Of a stretch of DNA of 50,693 nt, positions 1-11,880 are shown in pieces. Each line of letters starts with the position of its first letter. Position 1 is the first letter of the stretch. Made by a program: the position numbers and the translations under genes. Source of the DNA: Octopus bimaculoides (Eukaryota); the NCBI RefSeq assembly GCF_001194135.2, contig NC_068993.1, positions 37,740,915 through 37,791,607 of the forward strand. Reading direction: 5' to 3'. The notes beneath the pieces were generated by a model, which worked only from the letters and a program-made list of their open reading frames with translations, searched no databases and was not told the DNA's origin.

Positions 1-654
1 ATATATATATATATATAATTATATTACATACCTATGTGTGTGTATTTGTGTCTCTATTTCTCTCCCCCATCACCAGTTGACAACCGGCGCCTGTGTGTTT
101 ACGTCCGCGTAACTTAGCAGCTTGGAATAAGTGAACGATAAAATATGTTTCATATCCCTTAAAAGCAAAGGTTTCTCGAATGGTCAGCAATCCCATCATC
201 TGTACAAAAATATAAATGTCAACGTTAATTCATGTAAAGCATATCTTATGTCATCGAGAGTCAGAAGACGATCAAACCGAGAGCAAAATCAGCTAAATAT
301 AGAGTTCTGATCCTTGATAATTGTTGTGAGGTGAACTGAAACCCTCACACACGTGACTGTCAGTGGACTTGACGCGTCTTATAAATAGATGAGTCAGTAA
401 ACAGTTGAGGTCGAACTGTGAGAGGGTTAGTTTCGGCATTGACTTTGCGTTGGAGTATTGGATTGCTATTGTGCGAACGGTTAGAATAGGATAACCAACT
501 CTTGTTGCATTGCTTATTGTTATAGAGTTATATTTGGTACTGTGATATATTGTTACATACGTCATATATCGTCACTGACGATATAACGATAATATATAAT
601 AAAAAAAAAGAGGATTGTATCTCATACTGAGATCTTCCCGGAATATAACGTGGC

Positions 655-950
655 CAGCTACAAGGAGCACCTATTCAAAACTCGACAGCTCCAAACATAA
701 CTCCATTTGTCAGTGACATCCAGAAAATACCACATCACTCTCCAAATTTATTTAGAGATCAAAAGATATAGGAATAAACACAAGATTAGATTGGCAATCC
801 TGGTCACAGCACAAACATTTACAACTGGCCAAAGTAGTTGTAAGCTTTGTCCTGCAGATAAACATCATTCACCACCTCCGCTACAATAATAATGAAAAAC
901 AAAAGCGGAACTAATTTCAATATGCCAGCACATGATTAAATTCCCTTTGA
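655..950 (+). mobile_element. decayed Penelope-like element, GIY-YIG endonuclease C-terminal region
   Basis: Broken frames give FKTRQL..H, NTTSLSKFI*, FTTGQSSCKLC and KAELISICQHMIKF, matching the recalled pattern FK.RY..H...TELSKYIW...Y......C.LC...ELIS.CRH..KF. Stops and frameshifts present. Confidence 0.5.
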
Positions 951-1208
951 AGCAAGATAAATGGACATTTGAAGTAATAGACCATGTAATTCAACGAAAG
1001 GTATCAAGTAACATTTAAACCATTCATTTACACTCCGTCATTGTTTTCTTAAGGCATTGTTGAGTAAAATTGACCATACATTTGATTGCGCGAAATATAA
1101 TCGACATACCACCCATACACACAGGTAGATAGAAACACGGATCTATATAGATTGATAGATATTATGCATATATACCGCAACCCGCCACACACACACACAC
1201 ATTCACAC

Positions 1209-1251
<43 letters not shown>

Positions 1252-1804
1252 TGTGAAAAGAAAGAAGGGAAGCGTTAGAGAGAGAGAGAGGAGGGGGGAG
1301 ATGGGAAAGGAGAGAAAACGGGTGTGGGGTGAAGGTGTGTAGGTACACGACATAAGTACGTTATAGATGGCAAATAAATGATTGCAAGACAAGACAAAGA
1401 TATTTGAGATAAGAAAAAAGTAACATTATGCACGCACACACACACACATATATATGAGCCGGTGCCCCAGCATGGTCGCGAGTCTAATGACTGATACAAG
1501 TAAAAGAGTAAATGCATACACACATCTATCTATCTATACGAGTACACACAAACACAGACAGACACACACATACATACAAACACACACAGACACACACAGA
1601 CACACAGACACACAAACACACANNNNNNNNNNCCAGCATGGTCGCGAGTCTAATGACTGATACAAGTAAAAGAGTAAATGCATACACACATCTATCTATC
1701 TATACGAGTACACACAAACACAGACAGACACACACATACATACAAACACACACAGACACACACAGACACACAGACACACAAACACACAGACATACACACA
1801 CATA

Positions 1805-1844
<40 letters not shown>

Positions 1845-1865
1845 CATAATACCTGTCGAGTATCC

Positions 1866-2310
1866 TTTTGCCGTTTCAGTCATTTGACTGCGGCCGTGCT
1901 GGAGCACTGCCTTGAAGAATTTTTAGTCGAACAAGGCGAGTCCAGTACTTTTTTTTAAGCCTGGTACTTATTCTATCCGTCTCTATTGCCGAAGCGCTAA
2001 GTTACAGGAACGTAAACACACCACCATCAGTTGTCAAGTGATGGTGAGGGACGAACAAAGACGCACATATACGTACATGCATACACACACAAACACACAC
2101 ATACGCACGCACTCACACACACACAAAAAGGACAGGCTTCTTTCAGTTTCCGTCTATCAAATCCACTCACAAGGTTTTGATCGGCAAGAGGCTATAGTAG
2201 AAGACATTTGTTCAAGGTGTTACGCAGAGGGACTGAACCCGGAACCTTGTAGTTGGGAAGCAAATTTCTTACAACACATCGACGCCTGCGCCATCCACAC
2301 AGCCATGCGT
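1866..2310 (-). mobile_element. bipartite tRNA-derived SINE (family AB: head A, internal microsatellite, tail B)
   Basis: Tail B (ttcagtcatttgactgcggccgtgctggagcac...gacaa), (CA)n spacer, head A (cttctttcagtttccgtct...ctatagtagaagac...gactgaacccggaacc). Confidence 0.85.
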
Positions 2311-2545
2311 GCACCATGAAAATGGTAGACAGTCCCAGGAATTTGGTGCAATATAATATTATTTATTGAATGTTAGACGGAGAATTTACATGGAATAGTT
2401 GAGACCTGAAATGAAAGTGGGGTCGAATCCGAGATGAAATGAGCGAAAATAAAATCATTGAAAAGATAAGTCTTTAAGGCCGAAACTAAAATTTGAACGA
2501 AAATAGAATATGAAGAAGGAAAAAGAAGGCAGCCGAGAAACCAGA

Positions 2546-2618
2546 TGTTGGAATGCGGGTTTCATCCAGCGCGCCTTTAAGTGTTCAGTCTAATGCACTC
2601 CAAATGAGCTACTTCGAC
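2546..2618 (-). pseudogene. tRNA-Phe(GAA) pseudogene
   Basis: Minus strand reads GTCGAAGTAGCTCATTTGGAGTGCATTAGACTGAACACTTAAAGGCGCGCTGGATGAAACCCGCATTCCAACA (73 nt), colinear with metazoan tRNA-Phe. GAA anticodon kept, but two acceptor-stem mismatches and a degenerate B-box (GGATGAAACCC). Confidence 0.7.
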
Positions 2619-2716
2619 CGGTATGCTTTCATTTGATATTATATTAGAAAAAGATGCCGCAAACGAAATGCAACTTTAAAAATACACAAATATGTACATA
2701 CATACATACATACATA

Positions 2717-2877
2717 GGCGCAGGAGTGGCTGTGCGATAAGAATCTTGCTTCCCAATCATATGGTTCCGGGTTCAGTCCCACTGCGTGGCACCTTGCTCA
2801 AGTGTCTTCTACTATAGCCTCGGTCCGACCAAAGCTTGTGAGTGGATTTGGTAGACGGAAACTGAAAGAAGCCCGTC
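2717..2877 (+). mobile_element. family AB SINE head A running into a gap
   Basis: GGCGCAGGAGTGGCTGTGCG...GGGTTCAGTCCC. Other half-copies: B at ~60-140(+), 10490-10665(-), 15575-15765(+), 21160-21335(+), 24895-25075(-); A at ~12205-12362(-), 15862-16015(+), 35295-35455(-). Confidence 0.85.
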
Positions 2878-3850
2878 NNNNNNNNNNNNNNNNNNNNNNN
2901 NNNNNNNNNNNNNNNNNNNNNNNNNNNNNNNNNNNNNNNNNNNNNNNNNNNNNNNNNNNNNNNNNNNNNNNNNNNNNNNNNNNNNNNNNNNNNNNNNNNN
3001 NNNNNNNNNNNNNNNNNNNNNNNNNNNNNNNNNNNNNNNNNNNNNNNNNNNNNNNNNNNNNNNNNNNNNNNNNNNNNNNNNNNNNNNNNNNNNNNNNNNN
3101 NNNNNNNNNNNNNNNNNNNNNNNNNNNNNNNNNNNNNNNNNNNNNNNNNNNNNNNNNNNNNNNNNNNNNNNNNNNNNNNNNNNNNNNNNNNNNNNNNNNN
3201 NNNNNNNNNNNNNNNNNNNNNNNNNNNNNNNNNNNNNNNNNNNNNNNNNNNNNNNNNNNNNNNNNNNNNNNNNNNNNNNNNNNNNNNNNNNNNNNNNNNN
3301 NNNNNNNNNNNNNNNNNNNNNNNNNNNNNNNAAAACTACCTGACCACACACCCCAACACACCAAGACCCTCACACACACATAGACACACACGCACATGCA
3401 TACACATACTCTCGCACAAACACACAAGCACACGCACATACACACAAGCATACACACACACACACATCCTCACGCATACAACCCCCCCCCCATCACATGC
3501 GCGCATGCACCAAACCGAGTGACACTCCAAAAAGCAAATTCTAATTATATAGAATTACAATATGTGCAGTCTATACCAAGTCACCGAAAAACGTCATTGT
3601 TTTTACCAGTTAGTAATTCATTAGTATTTACTTAACGACTTTTGTCAGTTTCGTCGATTCATGCTGTATATAAACGGCCTTGAACCGTTCGCAACATCTG
3701 ATGAAGCACTCAATAACATGGCAATGTTTAGTTGACTGACGGGAACAATGACCTTGTTTGGTAACTCGATTTGGGTGGTAGATAATATAATTTTATCTCA
3801 ATTACACTTTTTGTGAGTTTCTCTATTTTCGCTAACAAGTTGCTCCAAGC

Positions 3851-3900
<50 letters not shown>

Positions 3901-4092
3901 ACTACAGAACATTCTTGTTAATTTGATGGTATAATTAAGTACTTTTCAAGCTAACTGGGAAATATTTATTTATTTATTAAAAGCTACGTAGATATACTTA
4001 TGCGAGTGTGATGCGTACGTACGTACGTACGTACGTATGTATGTATGTATGTATGTATGTATGTATGTATGTACGTACGTATATGTGCGTGT

Positions 4093-4987
4093 TCGTATGT
4101 ATGTATGTCCTTGTTCAGTTCTATTTCAAGATTTTTTGCCAATAGAGAAAGAGCCGGTTTCTAACCTAGATCCAAGGTTCCTTCATTGGAATTTTAACAA
4201 CAGGGCATTTTTGTTTGTATGTACGTATATATGTATGTATTTATGCATGTATGTATATGTGCAAATTTGTATGTTTTGCTTTATGTAAGTATTCTCATGC
4301 ATATAGTTGCATATCTAGACATGCTCGTATATATTTAAATGATAAGCTTCTGGAAAGGTTCACAGATTTTTATAGTTCCAGCGATGGATTGGATATATAG
4401 TCTTCGAATTAGCTTTCTCCTTTCTGATTTTGAGAAGCTTAATTTCTCAGGATTCGTATTTAGGCAGTGTGTTACATATCCCAGGCCCCCAGGAATTACA
4501 GGTATAAACCTGAACTTGTAATCTGGATAGTGTAACTACAGATTTCCCGATACTTCAGCGTTGGTATTTTCTTTTTCACTGATCTTCAGCTTTATGCTAA
4601 CATCCGCTGGGCAGCTAATTTCCACAACTGTACACAGTTTCTCTTCTTTATCCCAAATCATTATATCAGGTGTGTTGTGCTTACATTTTACTGAGGTTTT
4701 CACAGGGAAATTTCACCAGTACTCCTTCATTATGAGTGGCTATGGCTTCAACCATACTGTGGATTGTTATTTCTTTGTTCTCGGGGGGGGGGGTATCCTT
4801 CCGACGGACTTCATCATAGAGTGTCCTAGCTACAACATCATGATTCATCGGTAGATAATATTGTGATGACATTTTCGGCCAATTGGATGTGGGTGATATC
4901 TTCGGTGTTAAATCCACAAAGTATGCATCGATTGTCACATTTTACTGATGTTCCTGCTACTCTATCCTGCTTGTGCATCAAGTACTT
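4093..4987 (-). mobile_element. 5'-truncated RLE-type (R4/NeSL-like) non-LTR retrotransposon, copy 1
   Basis: Minus-strand translation: CCHC-type knuckle RCILCGFNTEDITHI...HDVVA, then restriction-like endonuclease HNTPDIMIWDKEEKLCTVVEISCPAD...EKEN...YPDYKFRFIPVIPGGLG, then 3' UTR ending GAAATAGAACTGAA plus (CATA)n. Frameshifts and stops present. Confidence 0.85.
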
Positions 4988-5171
4988 GGTTGTATGTATG
5001 TATGTATGTATGTATGTATGCATGTATGTAAGTATGTATGTATGTATGTCATTCAGTTTTATTTCAAGATTTCTTGCCAGTAGAGAAAGAACTGGTTTCT
5101 AACCTAGATCCAAGGTTCCTTCATTGGAATTTCAACACCAACAACAGGGTATTTTTTGTATGTATGTATTG

Positions 5172-5556
5172 TAGAGACGCAATGGCCCAATGGTAATGGC
5201 AGCGGACTCGCGGTCATAAGATCGTGGTTTCGATTCCCAGACCGGGCGTTGTGAGTGTTTATTGAGCGAAAACACCTAAGACTCCACGAGGCTCTGGCAG
5301 GGGATGGTGGCGAACCCTGCTGTACTCTTACACCACAACTTTCGCTCACTATTACTTCCTGTTTCTGTTGTGCCTGTAATTCAAAGGGTCAGCCTTGTCA
5401 CACTGTGTCACGCTGAATATCCCCGAGAACTACGTTAAGGGTACACGTGTCTGTGGAGTGCTCAGCCATTTGCACGTTAATTTCACGAGCAGGCTGTTCC
5501 GTTGATCGGATCAACTGGAACCCTCGTCGTCGTAAGCGACGGAGTGCCAACAGCAA
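5172..5556 (+). mobile_element. tRNA-derived SINE (family D)
   Basis: A-box TGGCCCAATGG (5183-5193), B-box GGTTTCGATTCCC (5226-5238); body repeated inverted at 10055-10320. Confidence 0.8.
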
Positions 5557-5577
5557 TATGTATGCATGTATGTATGT

Positions 5578-5800
5578 ATTATTTCTATACTACCCACAAG
5601 GGGCTACACACAGAGGGGACAAACAAGGACAGACAAACGGATTAAGTCGATAATACCGACCCCAGTGCGTAACTGGTACTTATTTAATCGACCCCGAAAG
5701 GATGAAAGGCAAATCGACCTCGGCGGAATTTGAACTCAGAACGTAGCGGCAGACGAAATACCGTTAAGTATTTCGCCCGGCGTGCTAACTTTTCTGCCAG
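5578..5800 (-). mobile_element. tRNA-derived SINE (family C)
   Basis: Shared core gaaaggatgaaaggcaaa..cgacctcggcggaatttgaactcagaacg; further minus copies at ~6122-6300, 8060-8230, 28730-28810, 29530-29700 and 50130-50330. Confidence 0.85.
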
Positions 5801-5933
5801 ATTGATATGTTTTGTTTTATGTGTGTATTCTCATGCATACAGTTGCATGGCTAAACATGCTCATATATACCTAAACGATAAACTTTGGGAAAGTTTTACA
5901 GATTTTTATAGTTCTAGTGATGACAGGGGTCTG

Positions 5934-6013
5934 TATGTATGTATGTATGTATGTATGTATGTATGTATGTATGTATATATGTATGCATGCATGCATGTAT
6001 GTATGTATGTATG

Positions 6014-6045
<32 letters not shown>

Positions 6046-6106
6046 CATGCATGCATGTATGTATGTATGCATGCATGTATGTATGTATGTATGTATGTAT
6101 GTATGT
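5934..6106. repeat. (TATG)n microsatellite; similar tracts at ~4010-4090, 4990-5048, 6655-7145, 17506-17609
   Basis: Direct reading. Confidence 0.95.
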
Positions 6107-6330
6107 TGGTTTCGCATTAAGCATAAGGCCAGAAATTTCAAGGAGTGGGATTAGTTGATTACATCGACCCCAGTTCTTGACAAATACTTTATTTAATCGA
6201 TCCCGAAAGGATGAAAAAGAAAATCAATTTTGGCGCGATTTGAACTCAGAACGTAAAGAACCGGAATGAATGCCGCAAGAAATTTTTTTCTATGCCCTTA
6301 AAATTCTGGAAGTTTGCCATCTCGTATATA

Positions 6331-6569
6331 CATATCGTTGCTATTATGTTAAACTGCTGTATGCCTAAATTTGACTAAATGGGTTTTTTTTCAATAGCCA
6401 GTTCTTTTGGCCAAACTATCGTATCTCCAGCTGCTTCAGATGCCAAGATATCAAAAATTGTCAAAGTGTAGTACAGCGAGTTTGCTATAGAATGGTAAAA
6501 TTACTTTTCCGTTTTCTGAAAAGGCAACGTTTTGTACTTACGACAGTTTTGCATAATAGCAACGATATG
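6331..6569. mobile_element. unclassified 239 nt TIR element
   Basis: CATATCGTTGCTATTATG (6331-6348) is perfectly inverted at 6552-6569, extending with AAACTG after two mismatches; no clear TSD. Confidence 0.6.
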
Positions 6570-9337
6570 CGTTTATCCACCCATCCACCCATCCATCCGT
6601 CAATCCATCTGTCAATCCATCCGTCAATCCATCCATCCATCCATCCATCCATCCATACATACATACATACATACATACATGCATACATACTTCCCAATAA
6701 TCAGTTAAAGTTATTCGTAATGTTTTCATTGTACGGTGAAGTAGTTAAATTGTCATGTTAGTATATCTACAACGTAGGTTAGTATGTTGTACATACACAA
6801 ATACATACATACATATATACACATACACACATACATACACAAATACATACATACATACACAAATATATACATATATATATACACATACACACATACATAC
6901 ATACATACATATATAATACATACACACACATACAAACACATACATATATACATACACACACATACATACACATATACACAAATACATACGTACATGCACA
7001 AGTAGATACATACATACGTACATACATACATGTATACACGAATACATACATACTTACACAAATACATACTGCATACATGCATACGTATATACATACATAC
7101 ATACACACATACATACATAAATACATACATACGTACGTACATACATATCTTTTATCTTTTATTTTTACTTGTTTCAGCCATTGGATTTGTGAGTGTGTGT
7201 GTGTTCGAGATAAAGTGTGAAAGCGAAAAAAAGAAAAAAAGGAAAAACCAGACCATTGCGAAAGTTACACTTTTACCTTAAACTACCACATTTCATCAAT
7301 TCGAAGCCAATACCAAGAACAGAGATAGAGCTTTGTTCTAATCGCGACACAAATATGTAGGGATGGATGGATAGCGTCAGGCGCAGATTAGCAGTGTCGA
7401 ATAAAACATTTTGAGTTGCACAACTTTTGTCTGTTGTTGATGGCAGGATTTAGCTAGTTTCTTTGTTTTCTTTTTAGTAAGAATAAACGCTTCATTTTTC
7501 AAATATCTAATATCTAAACTGTGGCTTTCATAATGACAAAGATGTTCTCACTATGGCATCTCTCCAGATGCTTTTTAGCGGAATAAGCAGTTGTGTTAAA
7601 GTTTACCTTAATGCAGGTATGAAGTTTGTAAACGTTGTTGCCGGTGTAATATCTATTCGTAAACACAGATCCACGTTGTTGATTGGTTACATGGTCAAAA
7701 TATATGTTGTAAATTATCTTAGAACTATCCTTCCCTCTATCAGTTTAAATATGAGCAATTACTATAACGTAGAAACATTTATGAGATCACTAACGCTACA
7801 ACAAATGATGAGCAAACCTTCCTCAAATCACTTCGTATCATTAAAAAAATAAGAAGAAAAAATAAAAGGAATTGATATGTAGTCATAATTACTCATATGA
7901 AAGCTGAGATGGCTGGAACGCTTATGATCATAGGTCTGCTCGATCAGGGTCCATCTGGGAATTAACAACAAACAGTAACAACAACAATGGCAATATCAAA
8001 ACCAATAATTACGATAATTTCTAATTAAGATATAGTCTACGTATTTTTACGTGCGGTGGCAGTTCGAAGGCTGTAATAAATCGACTTGGGTTTTAATAAG
8101 CGATTAGTAAATGTTAAATCGATCTCGAAAAGATGAAAAGATAAAAATCGACTCCGGCGGAACTGAACCCTGAACATAAAATTTACGCGACTAAACACCA
8201 CAAAATACGTCATCCACCGCCGCCGCCACTTTAATGCTGTTGGTCTATGTATCCGTAGCGGTGATTCGAAACTCTAATCACTGGATAACCAGTCAGACAC
8301 TATGAGCGAATCACAACAGTTTCACGTGATCGGTCTATTAAGCAACCCATCGGCGTGAAGCTGTGGCGTGATGTTGTTTTCTAGAATGTACTTGTATCTT
8401 ATAAAAGACAGCTTTCGGCGCTTTTTAAACGCAGAAGGTGACTGAGTAACATGCGCTTCCATTCTTATCATCAAACAGTTCCAGACATTTATCTTTTATC
8501 TGTTTCAGTCATTGGACTGCCGCTATGCTGGGGCGCTGCCTTGTAAAACATTCATACAGACATCTCCAGGTTCTTGGAAAAACCGAACTGGACATTCACA
8601 CAGTTTTATAAATAAATTCTACAGATGTGAGGTTTTCCTCTCTCTCCAAGTCAGTAATTGTTAATGTTATAAACTGTAAATGTCCTTGTGTCTGGCAATA
8701 AATATTTCAGTTAAATGTTCGATGGTTTTGCTTCAGTTATTATTCCCACATACAACGAAATATGTTTTCATAAAGCAAATCCACATTGCGCCCAACCAAG
8801 CAACGATTGCAGCATATTCTAGCTTCTATCGTCACTTTAATATAAACAATTAGTGTTATGATTATCTTTTTTAACTGTAGAAATGAAACAAAATTATTTA
8901 TCAAAAGCGCACCAAAATTCTTAATGGCGGGATTAAGGAGGAACATAAAAATCATTGAAGTTTTTTTTTGTGTGCCAACATCAGCAATAACGCGAACAGT
9001 AACAACAACGACAACAACAATAATTAGTTTGATGTCATCCAATTTCCCGTCTTGTTCACTTGATGTGTCTATTGCAAGATATCAGAGATTAGGAAAATGC
9101 TGTTTGAGATTTTGTTGTTATGCTTTTATTATTATCCTTTCCTCTTATGCTGCTTAGCTTTTATATCGTTCTTGAAACATCGAGCAGTCTTTAATATTCT
9201 TTATTGTACTCAGAGAGTATATAAGAGATTTCTTGTTTGGTGATCGAGTAAATGTATAGAAAAATTTTAAAGTTTCCAAAAGTATCTTTTTGCGTTTAGA
9301 AGTGTGTATATTTGCATATCTATATCGCTCTCTATAA

Positions 9338-9427
<90 letters not shown>

Positions 9428-9689
9428 GTATAGATGTGTATATGTATGTGCACACCAATAAGACAGAAATTTACGGCAAAAAACGAACCCCCCACCCACA
9501 CAAAGAATAGAGGTAAACGTGCCCAATTATCCTTCAATTACCGATCAAATATCATCATAGTTTCGGCACACACACGTACGCACGCAAAGACATACACGCT
9601 AACACATACTCACACATACATACATCAATAATCTGCGTTGCGTGTTTGTGCATTAATATTTCTCTATAAATATTAAAATTGGTTATTAA

Positions 9690-9892
9690 GGCGGCGAGCT
9701 GCCAGGGTAAACGCTTAGCAGCATTTCATCCGTCCTTACGTTCTGAGTTCAAATGCCACTGGGATCAACTTTGCCTTACATTCTTTCGATGTCGATGTCG
9801 ATGAAATAAGTACCGTTTGAGTACTAGGATCAATGTAATCGACTTAACCCCACCCCAGAAATTACTGGCTCTGATTTAAAACCAATATCAAT
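9690..9892 (+). mobile_element. tRNA-derived SINE (family C)
   Basis: Head GGCGGCGAGCTG, B-box-like GAGTTCAAAT, shared core; another plus copy at ~27500-27680. Confidence 0.8.
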
Positions 9893-10054
9893 ATTTAAGT
9901 AACATTATACATTAAGAATCCAGTCGAACACCATGCTGCAGGTTCACTTAATACTTTTCAGTGGAATCCCACCTTATACACAAGAGATTCACATTCTTTA
10001 GACAATTTCAAAAAGTCATTACGAACAATTTAGAAGATGAGGTAACTCAATTTT

Positions 10055-10320
10055 CGTTGCTAGTGGCTGAGCACTCCACAGACACGTGTACCCTTGACGT
10101 AGTTCTCGGGGAGATTCAGCGTGACACAATTGAAAAAGAAACAAATAAAGTTGTGGTGAAAGGGTACAGTAGGGTTCGCCGCTACCCCCTGCCAAAGCTT
10201 CGTGGAGCATTAGGTATTGCCGCTCAATAAACACTCACAAAGCACTGTCTGGGAATCGAACCCGCGATCCAACGATCACGAGTCCGCTGCCCTAATCACT
10301 GGGCCATTGCACCTCCATAC
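10055..10320 (-). mobile_element. tRNA-derived SINE (family D), internally deleted copy
   Basis: Reverse complement matches 5172-5470 (head TGGCCCAGTGATTAGGGCAGCGGACTCG...GGTTCGATTCCC; CCCCGAGAACTACGT.AAGGGTACACGTGTCTGTGGAGTGCTCAGCC). Confidence 0.8.
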
Positions 10321-11562
10321 TGTAACGAGTAAGAGATAACAGATAAAAGATATTAATAGTTTTATTAATGTTATGTTTATGTTTCAGACTGCCGTTGTGA
10401 TTTTAATAAATGTTTCTATTTATCTAATGACTTTGTGGACAGCCAATAGATCTATTTCGGGGTACACCAGGAGCTTATCTTTGGCTACACAACTAGACTG
10501 CGACCATGCTGGGGCACCACATTGAAGAGTTTTTAATCGAATGCATCAACCTCAGTACTTCATTTTTTTAAAAGCCTGTTACTGCCGAACCACTAAGCTA
10601 CGGTTACGTAAACACATCAACATCAGTTGTAAAGCAGTGGCGGGGGACAAACAAAGACACACACACGCTCATATATATATATATATATCCGTGCAACCTC
10701 TATATTCCTTCCCATGCCTGTCATCACTTATGTCTCTCACACGCGCCAGCTTAATTTAATTCGTCCTTAGTCGAAAGACACTGGTTGTTTGCATTTGTAT
10801 TTCTGTACCATTTCTCCTTTTTTTTTTTTAAATGGGGCTGGCCAGATTGTAGCAGTCTCGAGTATAACCAGCCGAAACTGCAAAGATGATCTGGAACTCG
10901 ACTGAGGGAAGAAATCTCCGAATGACCCGCCTTTGTTTTTTCNNNNNNNNNNNNNNNNNNNNNNNNNNNNNNNNNNNNNNNNNNNNNNNNNNNNNNNNNN
11001 NNNNNNNNNNNNNNNNNNNNNNNNNNNNNNNNNNNNNNNNNNNNNNNNNNNNNNNNNNNNNNNNNNNNNNNNNNNNNNNNNNNNNNNNNNNNNNNNNNNN
11101 NNNNNNNNNNNNNNNNNNNNNNNNNNNNNNNNNNNNNNNNNNNNNNNNNNNNNNNNNNNNNNNNNNNNNNNNNNNNNNNNNNNNNNNNNNNNNNNNNNNN
11201 NNNNNNNNNNNNNNNNNNNNNNNNNNNNNNNNNNNNNNNNNNNNNNNNNNNNNNNNNNNNNNNNNNNNNNNNNNNNNNNNNNNNNNNNNNNNNNNNNNNN
11301 NNNNNNNNNNNNNNNNNNNNNNNNNNNNNNNNNNNNNNNNNNNNNNNNNNNNNNNNNNNNNNNNNNNNNNNNNNNNNNNNNNNNNNNNNNNNNNNNNNNN
11401 NNNNNNNNNNNNNNNNNNNNNNNNNNNNNNNNNNNNNNNNNNNNNNNNNNNNNNNNNNNNNNNNNNNNNNNNNNNNNNNNNNNNNNNNNNNNNNNNNNNN
11501 NNNNNNNNNNNNNNNNNNNNNNNNNNNNNNNNNNNNNNNNNNNNNNNNNNNNNNNNNNNNNN

Positions 11563-11880
11563 GTGGATGCTGGGAAGTAGTCAGTGCTAGTGTGTGCGGG
11601 GTGATGTGGTGTGGTGGTGTGTGGTGTGGTGTGGGTGCTGGGAAGTGGTCAAAGCTAGTGTGTGCAGGGTGGTGCCATGTGGTGTGGTGGTGTGGTGTGG
11701 TCGGTAATGTATGGTGTGTTGTGTGTTGTGTTGTGGTGTGATGGTGTGGTGTGGTTTAGTTGTGGTGGTGTTGTGTTGTGGTGTGGTATGTTGTGTTGTG
11801 GTGGTGTGTGGTATGGTGTCGTGGTGCGTGGTGCGGGGTGGCATGATGTGGTGTGGCATGATGTGGTGTGGTAGTGTTGG
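11563..11880. repeat. degenerate GTGGT/GTGTT pentamer repeat
   Basis: Visible 5 nt periodicity; explains the His/Thr- and Val/Trp-rich ORFs. Confidence 0.85.

Larger units (their letters stand above)
5050..5932 (-). mobile_element. RLE-type retrotransposon 3' end, copy 2, interrupted by two SINEs
   Basis: 5050-5165 repeats 4093-4220 (ttcagtt.tatttcaagat...cctagatccaaggttccttcattggaattt); 5800-5932 repeats 4265-4385. Confidence 0.8.

Noticed and set aside
293-565. 90 aa minus-strand ORF with a possible acceptor at 540-542
   Set aside because: No recognisable domain and no partner exon; cannot support as CDS.
1467-1788. Exact 156 nt direct duplication (1467-1622 / 1633-1788)
   Set aside because: Copies flank a 10-N gap: unmerged contig overlap, not a biological repeat.
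9962-10041. 80 nt segment with plus-strand AG and GT boundaries
   Set aside because: Another frame reads WNPTLYTRDSHSLDNFKKSLRT, resembling a CR1/L2 3' end; more likely a LINE remnant than an exon.
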